Assembly (NCBI GenBank): GCA_002104905.1
Contig: MCFE01000243.1
Coordinates: 1-64,000, forward strand
Origin: Basidiobolus meristosporus CBS 931.73
Lineage: Eukaryota > Fungi > Basidiobolomycota
Direction: 5' to 3'
DNA length: 64,000 nt
Of the stretch, positions 26,401-38,050 are shown in pieces. A model generated the notes under the pieces. It was not told where the DNA came from. It saw only the letters and a list, made by a program, of their open reading frames with translations, and did no database searches. Both the position numbers and the translations under genes were made by a program. Numbering within the stretch: the stretch's first letter is position 1; every line of letters starts with the position of its first letter.

Positions 26401-26574
26401 ATACAGCATCACTTTGTGAGGGAAGCTGTAGAAAATAACTTAGTAGAGCTGGTTTACTGCCCAACTGACAAAATGGTGGCAGACATATTGACAAAACCAC
26501 TAGCTAGGCCACAGTTTGAGATCCTTAGAGAGAAATTGGGATTAAGAAATTATTTAGTTGAGGGGGAGTGTTGA
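23317..26574 (+). CDS. copia Pol frame (CCHC knuckle, protease, GAG-pre-integrase, integrase, RT, RNase H), open from 23317
   Basis: CNYCKKPGHWAREC, WYIDSGASQH, WHRRLGH, HSDICGP, RSDNGGEY, QNGVAER, KARLVAKGY, MDVKTAFLNG, YVDNL, KHIDIQHH. Confidence 0.95.
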   Translation, partial: QNRRKPGCCNYCKKPGHWARECKKKQADKKQKLEQANHITTDEQLFVTVQESASNRSNEWYIDSGASQHICGIKDWFSNLKTIPVRKVYLGDNSALQATASGSIQLNMSDNSGATTAKLTDVLYVPGIAKNLLSVSKATTQGLKFVFTKLSCSILSENGQKLASGIRDHNIYKLQCKIIVPEYVNIAETDETNWETWHRRLGHIGEQKMSQLVKNQLVLGLKYSIPIKLNVCKGCSYGKQARQRFKSSEGINTTEILAIVHSDICGPMRTLSFGAKRYFMTFIDDKTRYTWVYFLKTKDEALETFKHFKNMAETQTGCKLKVLRSDNGGEYCSKEFAKYCLSTGILQQTTVPHTPQQNGVAERANRTIVEMGRSMLHDKGMDYKFWAESVATAVYIKNGCPTTALRDSTPFEAYTGKKPDLQHLRIFGSDVFYHIPDKKRSKLEPKSRKGIFLGYCEGTKGYRVYDGEIQKLIKSRDVVFEENSDQKATEIIGQLPDDAINTNEEDTYQIQPEMEDTSTSSRSEQIIPVRRSTRIRNAPGSWWQTSNDHEEAYLALCAEPQNLEQAMQGPDATKWQQAMQEEYQSLIKAKTWELVDLPNGRKPIGCRWVYKIKITSNGAVDKYKARLVAKGYSQIQGLDFKETFAPVAKFNSIRTVLALAAVHSLDLHQMDVKTAFLNGDLQETIYMEQPEGFTDPKSPHKVCKLRKSLYGLKQAPRAWYNKIDTYLEEIGFSRSTADHSIYVKQLKKGVIILVLYVDNLIIATSDQEALKQTKSDLFSKFEMKDLGKLSYFLGIEVKFDIPTQKIVLNQSKYIRDILRRFKMENCKPAATPMDNNLKLSKSQPVMDENGSNMDQNFPYQSMVGSLMYLMVSTRPDIAVGVGIVSQFMQNYGSDQIAAVKRIFRYLQGTINMVLEYSGAANRQKFDGYSDSDWGRDLIDRRSTTGYVFLYAGAAITWNCKKQPTVALSTTEAKYMAACQATKEAIWLRKLFKDLGFNSGEPTCIYKDNQSCISLARNPTNHARTKHIDIQHHFVREAVENNLVELVYCPTDKMVADILTKPLARPQFEILREKLGLRNYLVEGEC

Positions 26575-27676
26575 AATATTGGACTATTTGGTATCATTCA
26601 GCAGCTAAAAATTTACTTAACAATTCTAGGCTAGTCTTAGTCACTGTAGGACTCATTTACTGCCTTTACTTCGCCACTTTCTCCAGATATATGATCTTAT
26701 GATTATTCCCCTATAGTCAGGATCAAATTAGCACTATTACCAAACATTATGTACTAACCCTGAAACTGTTACAGAATGCTCCTGAATATTGAGAAACCCT
26801 CCCTACTTAGTGTTGCAGCTGTATTACTTCTACAAAGGTATAAATACTGAGCTTCTTTATGAATAAACAACAGTTCAACGATTATCACTATTTCTTGATA
26901 AGTTCCTTATATCCAAATCACTTCTTAAATTGCAACAGTAACACTAAGTAGGGACAGCTTCTCAGTACTCAGGAGCATTATGAATAGTCTCAGGGTTAGT
27001 CCATAATGTTTAATAATAGCTCAAATTTAATCTTGACTCTAGCCAAATAATCATAGGAACATAGAACTGAGGATAGTGGCAAAGTTAGGGCTGTAAGTTG
27101 GTCCTACAGTGTCCAAGACTAGTCCAGAATTGCTAAGTTGACTTTTAGCTTCTGAATGATACCAAAGAGTCCATATGTCCACAGTGCAAAGTAACATAGA
27201 GGATGAACTTGAAGAAGACTACAAACTTGCCTGCCATATGACAGAAGAATACCCATCCTAAATTACCTCAAACTAAAGAAAGCAAATACACTTTAATAGA
27301 GTAGCAAAGGAGTACCTGCCAAATTCATGATTGACTTGGGAGCATTACATGAGCACATATCACAGCATTTGCCTTCAGAGCTGGAACCAACTTGACACAA
27401 AGTCCATTCCAATCTCCTAGCTATTTTGTTGCAATCCATCATTCAACTAGAGAACCCATGCAACTCAGATCCAGAAGATCAACACAAGCTATGAGCTTTT
27501 ACCTGCCAGACTGGAATTCCACTTGGTCATTTCCAGTATGTGAGAAACAAGTGAACTTAGCAAGACACAGTTCTATAGAGCACTTAGTAATGGGACCCAG
27601 CTGTTCCTCATGGCAGTATTAAAGGAGAATTCCTCTACTGCAGCACCCCAGGAGGTTCAAACTCTTTTGAAGGAAT

Positions 27677-28408
27677 AGACTTGTTCCATTGGATAGTGCC
27701 ACATTGAGCAATGAGTGCCAAATGATGCCATGGTGTGCCAGAGAGGCCAGTGAGCCTATACTTGGCCATGGAGTGTAAGACATAGATCTGCATCTTCATG
27801 CAAAGCAGCCCCTGTGTTTCACCTTTGATGCAGGAGAAAATCCATTTTTTGACGTTTTTTTGCAGATCAATGTTATGCAGGATGTGTAAGAGCACAATAG
27901 AACTGAAGACATGCATTTGGTACTCCATACCCATGGCACTCTGAATCTAGCCTCTGTGGCTTGTAACATGTCACATAAATGCATGGCACTATCTTGGTCC
28001 ACTGGTACTAACTGGCACTATATTTAACTATTAGCCATAAAGTAAGATCTATACAAAGCACTTATAGTGCTAGATAGTACCAGTGGACCAAGATAGTGCC
28101 ATGCATTTTTGTGACATGTTACAAGCCACAGGAGCTAGACTCAGAGTGCCATGGGTATGGAGTACCAGATGCATATTTGCAATCCTTTTGTGCTCTTACA
28201 CATCCTGCACAACATTGACCTAAAAAAAAGGTCAAAAAATGGATTTTCTCCAACACAATTGGTGAAACACAGGGGCTGCTTTGCACAAAGATGCAGATCT
28301 ATGTTTCACACACTGTGACCAAGTATAGGTTCACTTAGCCTCCCTGGCACACTATGGCATCATTTGGCACTCATGGCTCAATATGGCACTATCCAACAGA
28401 ACAAGTCT
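27677..28408. mobile_element. Complete foldback MITE (732 bp) of the PHIS family
   Basis: aat|AGACTTGTTCC...GAACAAGTCT|aat; ~345-bp inverted arms; removing it plus one AAT restores aag-gaa-tat-gca-gac (KEYAD) of the host pol. Confidence 0.92.
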
Positions 28409-28442
28409 AATATGCAGACATGTTTCCAAATGAGCTTTAAGC

Positions 28443-28791
28443 TGTTGAAATAGTTAGGAGTCCACCTAATTATTTATATATTATGAACTAGCACTTAGTG
28501 AAATGATATATTTCAGATTATCAACATGGAAATTAGTTTGTAAGATATTTATTAATTATTAGGAATTAGAGAAGTACAGAATTTTAGGAAAATCTGAAAC
28601 TTGTCCAAATGAGCTGAAACTTGGCACATGTACTCCTGAGACTCCTATAATAATGACCAAATAGTCACATTTACGTAGTTCTGCAATAAGTATAAATACC
28701 ATGTTGCAACTCAATAAAACATCAAGTGAATATCATGTAAATCTTCTAATTCACCAATTCACTTCCAATATATCTCTCTAATATTTCAACA
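28443..28791. mobile_element. Solo LTR (349 bp) of a second, copia-like family
   Basis: TGTTGAAATA...TATTTCAACA inverted ends; perfect 5-bp TSD TAAGC. Confidence 0.9.
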
Positions 28792-30540
28792 TAAGCCTGC
28801 TGCCAGTCAGAGACATGGATTATGCCATTGGCACAGGAGATAGCCCTTATGTGAGTAAGATACCTTGCAGAATGAGTCCTTCAAAGTTGGAAGCAATGAA
28901 TGGACAAACAGATCAGTTATTGGGGCAAGGATATATCAGATCCAGCAAGTCACCTTGGGGAGCACAAGTACTTTGTGTGAAAAAGAAGGATGGAACACTT
29001 AGGATAAGCATTGAATACTGAGCCCTCAACTATGTTGCTATGAAGAATAAGTACCCCATACCTTGGATTGATGAGCTTTTGGACCAACTTAATAGAGCCA
29101 CTATATTCAGCAAGATTGGCCTCATGTCAGGATACAACTACATTAGGGTGAAACCAGAAGATATTCCTAAGACAGCATTCAGGACCAGATGTGGACATTA
29201 CAAGTACTTAGTCATGAGTTTTGGCCTTATCAACGTCCCTGCAACATTTATGACCTTGATGCAAACAGACTTTGAGGATAACTTAGACAGGTTTATGGTA
29301 ATCTTCCTAGATGACACATTAATATACAGCAAGACAAAAGGGGAAAACTTGGTGCAAATTGAAAAGGTCTTAATGAAGTTAATAGAAAACAAGCTGCATG
29401 GCAAGCTAGCAAAGTGTAAATTCTTAAAGCAATATGCTGAACACCTAGGACACATAGCGGCTAGCACAGGAGTGATCTCAGACCCCAAGAGGGTTGAAGT
29501 CATCAAGAATCTAAAGCAGTCCCATAAAATATCAGAACTCAGATCATTCCATGAAATGGTATGATCTTATTAAAGATCCATCAAGTTCTTGGCATGTATT
29601 GCAGCCCCTTTAACTGATATTTGCAGGAAAGACAACACCTTGAAGTGGTACATAGCCTGTGAGACTGCTTTTCAGACACTCAAGAATAAACTTGCTAAGC
29701 TGCCAAGCTCAAGAGTCCCAGACTTCTGAAAAGAGCTTACTGTGTGCACAGATGCTCCAGACTATGCAATTGGTGAAATATTGAGCTAAGAACCTGAGGG
29801 AAAGGACTACTCAGTTGCTTTTGAGTTCAAGAATTCAAGCTCAGCAGAACAAAACTATCAAGTGCATGAGAAGGAGAAGCTTGACATAGTACACTGCTTG
29901 AAGACCTGGAGATGCTACATTGAAGGAGTCAAGTGCACTGTGAAGACTGGATATATCTCACCCAAGTATATGTTTTCTCAGAAGGTACTATGCAGAAGAA
30001 TGACAAGATAGAGTGAATACGTTTAGCAATTTGACTTGGAGATTATCTACTGCCCTGGGAAAAGTAATATAGTTGCTGATGCCTTATCAAGACTAGAGCA
30101 AGTTGCACAGCTCAACTTGGTGCATGAATCAGATTGGCCTAGATCATTACCAAAGTACTTGGATGACCAAGCCATTCCTAATGAGGTGGATGAAGAGATC
30201 AAGAACATAATACAGGACAAAGCCAGCAATTGTGTGGTACAAGATGAAACAGTCTACTAAATTGTTGATGGAGGCCCTACTGCCTATTGCCCTTATGTTG
30301 CTTGCCTGGATATAATACACAAGCTACACAATGTTTATGGACATCTTGCAATTGAAGGAATCTATATACTTGGGCAAGCTAGAGAATGGTGGCCCTGAAT
30401 GAAACAACATAATGAGAAGCTAGTAAAGACATGCCAATTTGCCATATCAACCAAGGCCAACAACAGAGAATTGCTGAACTCTTTTCCTTAGAGCCTGTGA
30501 GACCATTTGAGTGATGGGATTGACTTTATTGGAAGACCGC

Positions 30541-31354
30541 TGTGGTAAGGTAAACATACCTCCCACAGACAAGTTTACTAATATAATCATTATGATATAC
30601 TTATCCATATTTTATCTTATCAGTATTATCCCATTCTTCTATTGCCCATATTATCAGTATTATCCCCATATGATGTTTACCTTGATTAGTTATTAGCATT
30701 AGTTATCCCAGATGTTATTCAGCTTTGTAATCAGTATATGTATCTACATAAGGCAAGTACCTGCGTCAGTACCCGTGACACATGACCTAGGTCTGTGTTA
30801 CCATCCCTACCATTTCAATACCATAGATGGTATTTCTATGTTGCGCAGTGTTGCGCAGGTTTCAGACTACTGATTCCTGATTGGTTGAGTGTGATGTGCC
30901 TTTTAGAACCTTCCAGGACATTCTTGGCATATTTTTAGCTTATAGTGATATCATCAAGAATTCCACTGATACCTGGAATCATCTAGAACCTTGTCATTAG
31001 TAATCACTTGGCAATCAGGAAAAGTATTTAAGGGAAAGCAGTCCCTCATCAATAAATCATCCCTTCTATCAGTAACACTTCTCCCTTATTGATTAGCAGT
31101 TGATCACTGCACCTGCCTTCAACAGTACATCTCAGACCTGCCATCAAGGAGCTTTTCAGGGTAGTGCACAAGACACACAGAGGCCTTTGGAGACACTTGG
31201 AGCACCTAGGAAGATAGAGAAGCAGGAGCTTTTACTATAGTGACATATTGACAAAGACACCAGCAGCTTAGACACAGAGGTTATTGCACCCATCAGACAC
31301 CTCACACACCGTGAGTTGTGTAGCTTCTCCCAGGAGTACCTCTACATCACCACA
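30541..31354 (+). mobile_element. Solo LTR of the large-LTR family inside Gypsy-2 integrase
   Basis: TG..CA; inverted homology to 43701-44775; 4-bp TSD ccgc/ccac restores host length versus the paralog at ~13630-13660. Confidence 0.8.
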
Positions 31355-31437
31355 CCACCAACCACCAGGAAATGCAACCATTGGATCCTAATAACAACTG
31401 GCCATGCCACTAAATGGCCAGTGGATAAAGCTGTACC

Positions 31438-31806
31438 TGTTGTAACTCAAAAGATGATTTGAATATAAGGAGCTGATCAAGAAGTAGTGATAATAGTGGA
31501 ACTGTTGTATACTCATAAGGAAGCTCAGTATTTATACCTTTGAAGAAGTAACACAACAGTAAAACTAAGTAAGGAGAACTTCTCAAGACTGAGGAGCATT
31601 CTGTAACAGTTTCTAGTTTAGTACATAATGTTTGGTAAATGTGCTAATTTGATTATGACTTGAGGGGAATAATTGTAGGTGCATGGATCTAAAGAAAGTG
31701 GCAAAATTAGGGCTGTAAGTTGGTCCTACACTGACCTAGACTAGTCCAGAAATGGTAAGTTACTTTTTAGCTGCTATATGATACCAAATAGTCCAATATT
31801 TCAACA
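31438..31806 (-). mobile_element. Solo LTR of the A/B/C copia family
   Basis: Diverged reverse complement of the 369-bp LTR; flanks gtacc/gtagc. Confidence 0.88.
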
Positions 31807-32585
31807 GTAGCCAGTGAACAAGTCACTGCAAGTTTCATCTACGGAGAGATCCTTATTAAGTTTCAATGCCTTACAAAGATTTTAGCCAGTATAGGAGCAA
31901 ACATTATGGCAAAGAAATTGGAAGCTTACCTGAAAATTCAACAGATCAAACACTTGATAACCTCAGAAAATCACCCTAGAACTAATGGTGCCACCTAGCA
32001 GTTAAATGGATTATTTGAAAAAATGCTGACCAAGTATGTAAATTGAGCTGTCAGTAGAAGGGACAAGTATATAGACCAAACACCTTTTGCCTGCAGGGTT
32101 AGTGTGTAGAAGACCACTCAACAATTGCCATTTTACTTAGTGTATGGGTGGGTACCAAGGATTTCAGGAGATCTCCCATAACCAAAGCCTGTAGATGCCT
32201 TAGAAGATGAACTCATCTAGTTAAGTAGTCACCAGCAGCTGGAACAAAGAGGCACAGGCCAAAGTATCTCAAAGTGCAGCAAAGATGGAGCAGAGATTTG
32301 ATAATACTATAACACCAGGAGCATTGACATCTGGGAACTGTGTATTGCTGAGAAACATCACTCAGAAGAAGTTTGAGCCACAATGAATGGGACCTTTCAA
32401 CATCATCAGAAAATGTCCATTTGCAATATACCAACCAGTGAACAAACAAGGCAATATCTGCAAAGATTTAGCTCCTAGATACAGACTCAAGCCTGCAAGA
32501 CTTGCTGACAATACTGAACCATCAAGATATTGGTATCACAAGACAAGGAACTCAGGAGAACACTCTAAACTCTAGTAGGGGAGAA

Positions 32586-32926
32586 TGTAATGATTAACCG
32601 CTTGAATGTTTAAGTTAGATCAGTTATTAGTCACATCAATTAGCTTTATATTTGACCTATTGGTATATCAACATTATCTATCAAATCAGAAGTGTTAGTC
32701 AGCAGATGAATTGGCAGATCCTATCAGACAGCAATAGATATATTAAGTGGGATCTAATTGGGTGATGATGCAATCAAATGAGTTGTCAGCCACAAACTAC
32801 ACTAGGAAATATAATTAGTCAGCCATTGATCTGCCAAAATGTATATAAGGAGCTGCTGGAACCTCAATAAAAATCAGTTCAAGTTTTAGTGAATACCATA
32901 ATAGCCAAACTCCCTATTCCTCTAAA
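32586..32926 (+). repeat. Gypsy family 2 3' LTR
   Basis: Follows PPT aggggagaa; homologous to 756-1100. Confidence 0.8.
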
Positions 32927-32949
32927 ACTCTGATATTGATACTTGTTAT

Positions 32950-33190
32950 AAATATCACAGGACTCATCAAGGCAGCAGCTCTGATGTATCAGATAGAGGG
33001 TAAGTGAATACCTCAAGGAATTAGAAGGTGAGATGCAGGAGGAAAAATATAGATCACCAGCAACTATTTTGAAAATGTGCCAGCATGCTCTACTGGATTC
33101 CTCACCACACCTTGCAACACCAATGCACTAGCACATGTCAGGCCAATATATACCAGCTTCCTTTGCCAGAGCACCATGAACCAAGTTGAT
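32950..33190 (+). pseudogene. Fragment of the PHIS partner (Myb/SANT-like) ORF
   Basis: caggactcatcaaggcagcagc...gtgaatacctc matches 35157-35330 and the reverse complement of 47600-47810. Confidence 0.7.
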
Positions 33191-33244
33191 GCATTGTAGT
33201 GGGGTACAGTGACACCCACTGACAGATGTGCTCATTAACATATT

Positions 33245-35560
33245 AGACTTGTTCCATTGGATAGTGCCACATAGTACCAGATCAATCTGGCACTATAATT
33301 TCTACTATCATGCCAGTGGTAGGTTATAGTTACTGGTAATTTTACTCTATTTTACTTATGTTGCTCAGAGTAGTGCTTTCCTTGCTTTATCTACTCTTCA
33401 TAATGCTCCAGACACAATTCTCTCAGTGGATGTCTTCTGTGTTAATGTACTGTGCATTGATAAGTATCTTAACTATTTTACCTATTCTGCTGTTTTCTCC
33501 TACATATGACTTTCCTCTGTATTTACCTGCCAATATGCTGAATCTCTTCAGATATCCAAATGTATGCTCTACCCTCACTCTGAAATGATTAAATATCTCA
33601 TTGTAGAGCTTCTGCTTCCTGCTAAGCACACCATTCCTTGGCTTCCTATAAGCTGTAATACATCCTAATCTCTGACAATCCTCTCCTATATAAGCTAAGT
33701 CTGCCATACATTTCTCCCCTCTACTGAATTCTGATTGATTCTCTACCCAGAGTGCTTTGTCATGCTTACTTCCAGCACATGGCTCACTAAACCAGATGAT
33801 GCTACCCTCAATGTCAGACAGTTCCTGAAACTTCACACGGTGTGCCTTGTACTTGCCAGAATAAAAGTGGCTCTCCCCTCTAAAAGGTCTGTTAATCCTG
33901 ACTGAAAAGGTATCCAAAATACTCCTTATATGGAACCTGTTGCTGAGCACTCTGGGATATGGAAGTCTATTGGAGCTTCTAAACCTAGTACTCCAAGCTT
34001 GCTCTAAGTCATTCATACCCTCTGCAAGGTGGTTCTTCATTGCTGTCAGCTGAGAATGAAAGCTTCTAGGACTTTTGTTGCCATGGATGGTGGGATGAAA
34101 CTGTGTAGGGCAATAGTTCTTGTAATAGCAGAGAAGCTTAACAAGGGATTTCCTTCAGTAGATTGGGGTAGATGGACCACAGTGCTTGGTATAGATCTCC
34201 TCTAGCGTGTCAAAAGAAAATCCAGTGGTATTGATGGGATGGATGATAATAGACCATAAAGATGAGTAAGTCATATTACAATTGGAAAGGATTGCGCTGA
34301 GATGATTTGATTCAATTTGGCACAATCAGCTTTATTTATCTGATTTTCCATGCATTATGATTAAATCTCCATCAATTGCCATCTATCCCATCATTATGTT
34401 GCAAAAATCATCCTCAAGCAGTGACTGGGTATTTTTATTGATGTTTTACTCTCAAGTCTATAATCAAACAGGAAATCTGCAATTGATGTGATCAGTCCCA
34501 TGTTAATGAGATCCAAGATGCATCATGCATAATATATGGAAAATTCAACAATCACATTAGCTTTCATATATATTTCATATAAGACCAGGTTGATGCCAAT
34601 ACACCACCGTATAAGTATCCAAATCCATCACTATGGTCCCTATACCAAGTCTTAACTCATCTTTAGGTCAACCCAGACAAAACCCATCCCCCAGCTCACA
34701 AGCGCGGTCTGGACCGGAAAAGGCAATGTTGGATCTGCTTGTGTTCTTGCCAAATGATTTCAGTGTGGCCCAAGTGTCTATGATGAGCCTACATACAGAT
34801 ATTTGGGCACTACTCATTAATCTAACAGAACTAGATACCCTGGAGAGTCAACAGAGATGGAAGAACCTGAGTAGAAAGCTGTGGCATGAGTTCTACATCA
34901 AGATACCAGCAGATGTATGTAAGAAGATATATAACAAGACAAGTATTGAAATCAAGAATGAGCTGAGAGTGAGGGGATTTGATGAGGAAGCTGCACGGGA
35001 ACAATTTTGCATGTAACTTGCACAGTACAGGCTGGACACATCCGTTTGTGCCTCAACTTTGGGCACCAAAGATATTTTGAATGAGTTTTTGCCTCAAATG
35101 ATTAATGTATTACATGATATATTAGTAGAGCTAAGTGGCCTCCAAAAGCAATATACACAGGACTCATCCAGGCAACAGTTGCAAAGTATTAGACAGAGGA
35201 TAAGTGAATACCTTGAGGAATCAGAAGGTGAGCTTCAAGAGGAGGAATACTGGCCACAAGTGACATTGCTTAGAATGCGCCAGCATGCCTTGCTGGATTC
35301 CTTACCATCCCTTGCAACTTCAGCATGCTGGCGCACATCAGTCCAAACTATGCCAACACCCTTCTCAAGAGCACCCTGCATTGACTCAACATGTATTTGG
35401 TTAATGCGTGTGCTTCACAGCAAAACCACCAGAACCCGCCAAACTGCTCAAAAAGACACAAGTCTATTGGAGCAAGCCAAGTCGCGTCAACAAGCAGCAT
35501 CACATCAAACTCAGCCAAGGGCCATGCCTGTCATGATCACATGACATCCCTGGTCTCCAA
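33245..35560. mobile_element. Decayed PHIS copy, opposite orientation to 46353-49753 (transposase relic minus ~33370-34270; partner relic plus 34633-35545)
   Basis: att|AGACTTGTTCCATTGGATAGTGCCAC end; transposase peptide 33423-34040 nearly identical to the intact copy; partner ORF broken by stops. Confidence 0.92.
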
Positions 35561-35860
35561 TCATCTAGCCAAATCAAGTCTGTGAAGAAACCCCAGTTCC
35601 TACTAGAAAGTTTTACTACATTCTAGCAACTTCTTGAAAGCTCCAAGTCAATGTTACACAACCGAACATTCTATGGAAGCTTCCCATTAGAGTTTATGTA
35701 GTCCCATGCCATATATGGTAGCTACATGACACGTGACCTAGTTGCATGATCAGCTGACCCCTGACATATCTTCATGTGATATTCCAGTCTGTTCTTTAGT
35801 ATATTCTATCTTGCCACACTTACGGTGCCTCACACCAGAACCCCATCAGTATTAGCCAAT

Positions 35861-36564
35861 ATGTTTTGTTCCATTGGATAGTGCCACATTGAGCCATGAG
35901 TGCCTAGTGATGCCATAGTGTGCCAGGGAGGCCAAGTGGGCCTATACATGGCCACTGAGTGTGAAACATAGCTCTGCATCTTCATGCAAAGCAGCCCCTG
36001 TGTGTCACCCATTGTGCTGGAGAAAATCCATTTTTTGACCTTTTTTTTGGATCAACATTGTTCAGGATGTGTGAGAGCACAAAAGGAGCAAAGACATGCA
36101 TCTGATACCCAATACCCATGACACTCTGAATCTATCTCCTGTGACTTGTATCATGTCACAAAAATGCCTGACACTATAAGCGTTGTATATAGATTTTACT
36201 TTGGGGCTAATATTTAAATTTATTGCCTGATAGTACCAGTGGACCAAGATAGTGCCATCCATTTTTGTGACATGATAAAAGCTATAGGAGCTAGATTCAG
36301 AGTGCTGATAGCTTTGAGTACCAGATGAGTGTCTTCAATCTTTTTGTGCTCTTACACATCCTGCACAACATTGATCCAAAAAAAAGGTCAAAAATTGGAT
36401 TTTCTCTAGCACAATGGGTGAAACACAGGGGCTGCTCTGCATGAAGATGCAGAGCTATGTGTCACACTCTGTGGCCAAGTATAGGCTCACCTGGCTTCCT
36501 TGGCACACTATGGCATCATTTGACACTCATGGCTCAATGTGGAACTATCCTATGGAACAAGTCT
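35861..36564. mobile_element. Foldback MITE of the PHIS family (older copy)
   Basis: Inverted arms homologous to 27677-28408; right end ggaacaagtct|att. Confidence 0.85.
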
Positions 36565-38050
36565 ATTATATCCCTTCTCCCTGCTGGATTCTATGCCCCC
36601 TTATAGGTACTCTCTGGCTCTTCTTGTTTTGAACTCTCTATTGAATGGTGTAAAAACAGGCATGTCACCAAGAGAAACCTGGTATACTTTAGTAAAATTA
36701 TCCTAATAAAAACTAGTTGCTTGTTGTTTTCAACCTAACCATTCATAACTAACTAATTAACCACACATTTGGTCTGCTTAGCTTCCTGAAGCTAAAGGCA
36801 TAGGGGTTGCAGTATACACATCTGTCTTCAGTGCTTTCCAACTCTTCCTGGCTCTTCTCCAGGTGCCAGCTCATCATATCAATGAAAGACTAGACAGTAA
36901 TATTTGAAAAAATCAAAACAAGCAGCAACAGTAGATCAGCTTGTTAGAAGAGTGCCAGTATAGAAACAGAAGATATAAATGAATGCACCAGTTTGGCATT
37001 TGGCAAGAAGTAAGTGTAGTTCAATAGAAAAATAACTCAGAAAAGGTAGTAGTGAGTGACCTGGCAGTGATAAATGAGAAGGGGAAAAGTCCTCCCAAGC
37101 CATAGACATATCCTCCATAGAAGACACAGTAGAGATCACACAGAGAGACACAGCTGCAACATCAAGAACTTGAAAGACCATGACAATGCCTTCCATGGAG
37201 TTTTAGGGCAATAACAGGAACAATAAAGGGTTAAAACACTACTGCAAGAGCATTTCTCACAACAATGCACATGAATATTGCAAGAATTTATTGCAAAAAC
37301 TGGCAGAAGATGTGCTTTACCTTGCAGTGGCAGCTAAAGACCAGGACATATGGGAACCAGTGAATGAAGAGTGGCATAAAGCCAACAGGTTACAACTAAA
37401 GTCTTAGAAAGAAGGGAGTTTTAGCAGAAATACTTTTTGAGTGGTAGATTTTAATGGGGTTACTTGTTGAGTGTGGGGTGAAGTTTACTGTAAGTGTGGG
37501 GTATAGGGACTTGCATAAATCAATACAAATGGTAATTGAGGTAAAATTAAATTTTCAGCAGAAAAAATTAATTTGTGTTCATAAAGAGTAGGAGAATCAG
37601 TTGAGTCAGGAAGTAAGGAGGGTGAAAAAGAGGCAATAGCCAATCAATGTACATAGATGTAGGAGGTAACTGAGTTTCTGGAGCCAGAAAGGCATAGAAA
37701 TGGCTGAGGACTAATTGAAAGCCACTTATGTAATGTTGTGATGAAGAATTTTGATCAAGTTGATTGTGAAACCTGAGGTGTAATGTTTCCTAGACAGTCT
37801 TTGTACAGTGTCCAAATGCCATCAATACCTCCTAGTCATGGGATCTAAAAATGGTGACAGCCTTTTGACAGCATTGTCACAACTATGTTTTATAGGGACT
37901 GCCCATGATCCTTGTAATGCTCATTATATTATCTGCATGGTTCATGGCTGAGAGGCTTGTTACAATAGCCACATGGGTGTTTTTCTCTTCTCTTCCACTG
38001 TTGAGTCAAAGTAGTCTTGTCCATGGGCAAACAGCTTGACACTCAACAAT
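36565..38050. mobile_element. Patchwork of CMC-like fragments, including ORF-X plus terminus (37170-37897, +)
   Basis: 36570-36640 is the reverse of 42990-43060; 37170-37897 ends ...gttttataggg; 37898-38050 is the reverse of ~9580-9700. Confidence 0.65.

Larger units (their letters stand above)
22253..26937 (+). mobile_element. Ty1/copia copy C, very young full-length LTR retrotransposon (4685 bp)
   Basis: 369-bp LTRs 22253-22621 and 26569-26937 identical by eye; perfect 5-bp TSD GTAAC; PBS at 22622; PPT gagggggag. Confidence 0.97.
20161..27183 (-). mobile_element. Ty1/copia copy B (older, internally deleted, 3'-truncated); its 5' LTR (22104-22252 + 26943-27183) is split by copy C
   Basis: Minus-strand gag, zinc knuckle, protease and integrase fragments homologous to copies A and C; inverted LTR halves flank copy C. 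Confidence 0.85.
27184..32926 (+). mobile_element. Degenerate Ty3/Gypsy family 2 (PR, RT, RH, INT, 3' LTR) carrying four nested insertions
   Basis: KFMIDLGA; LLKEYADMFPNEL across the MITE; SPWGAQVLCVKKKDG; IPKTAFRT; FLDD; PGKSNIVADALSRL; GIDFIG; GPFNII; PPT plus LTR. Confidence 0.9.

Noticed and set aside
35581-35834. Possible small solo LTR (TGTG...CACA)
   Set aside because: No TSD (aagtc/ccaga) and no second copy in the window.
33245-36564. One full PHIS element with ATT/ATT TSD
   Set aside because: The 36564 end belongs to a separate foldback MITE; with only two AWT options the match can be chance.
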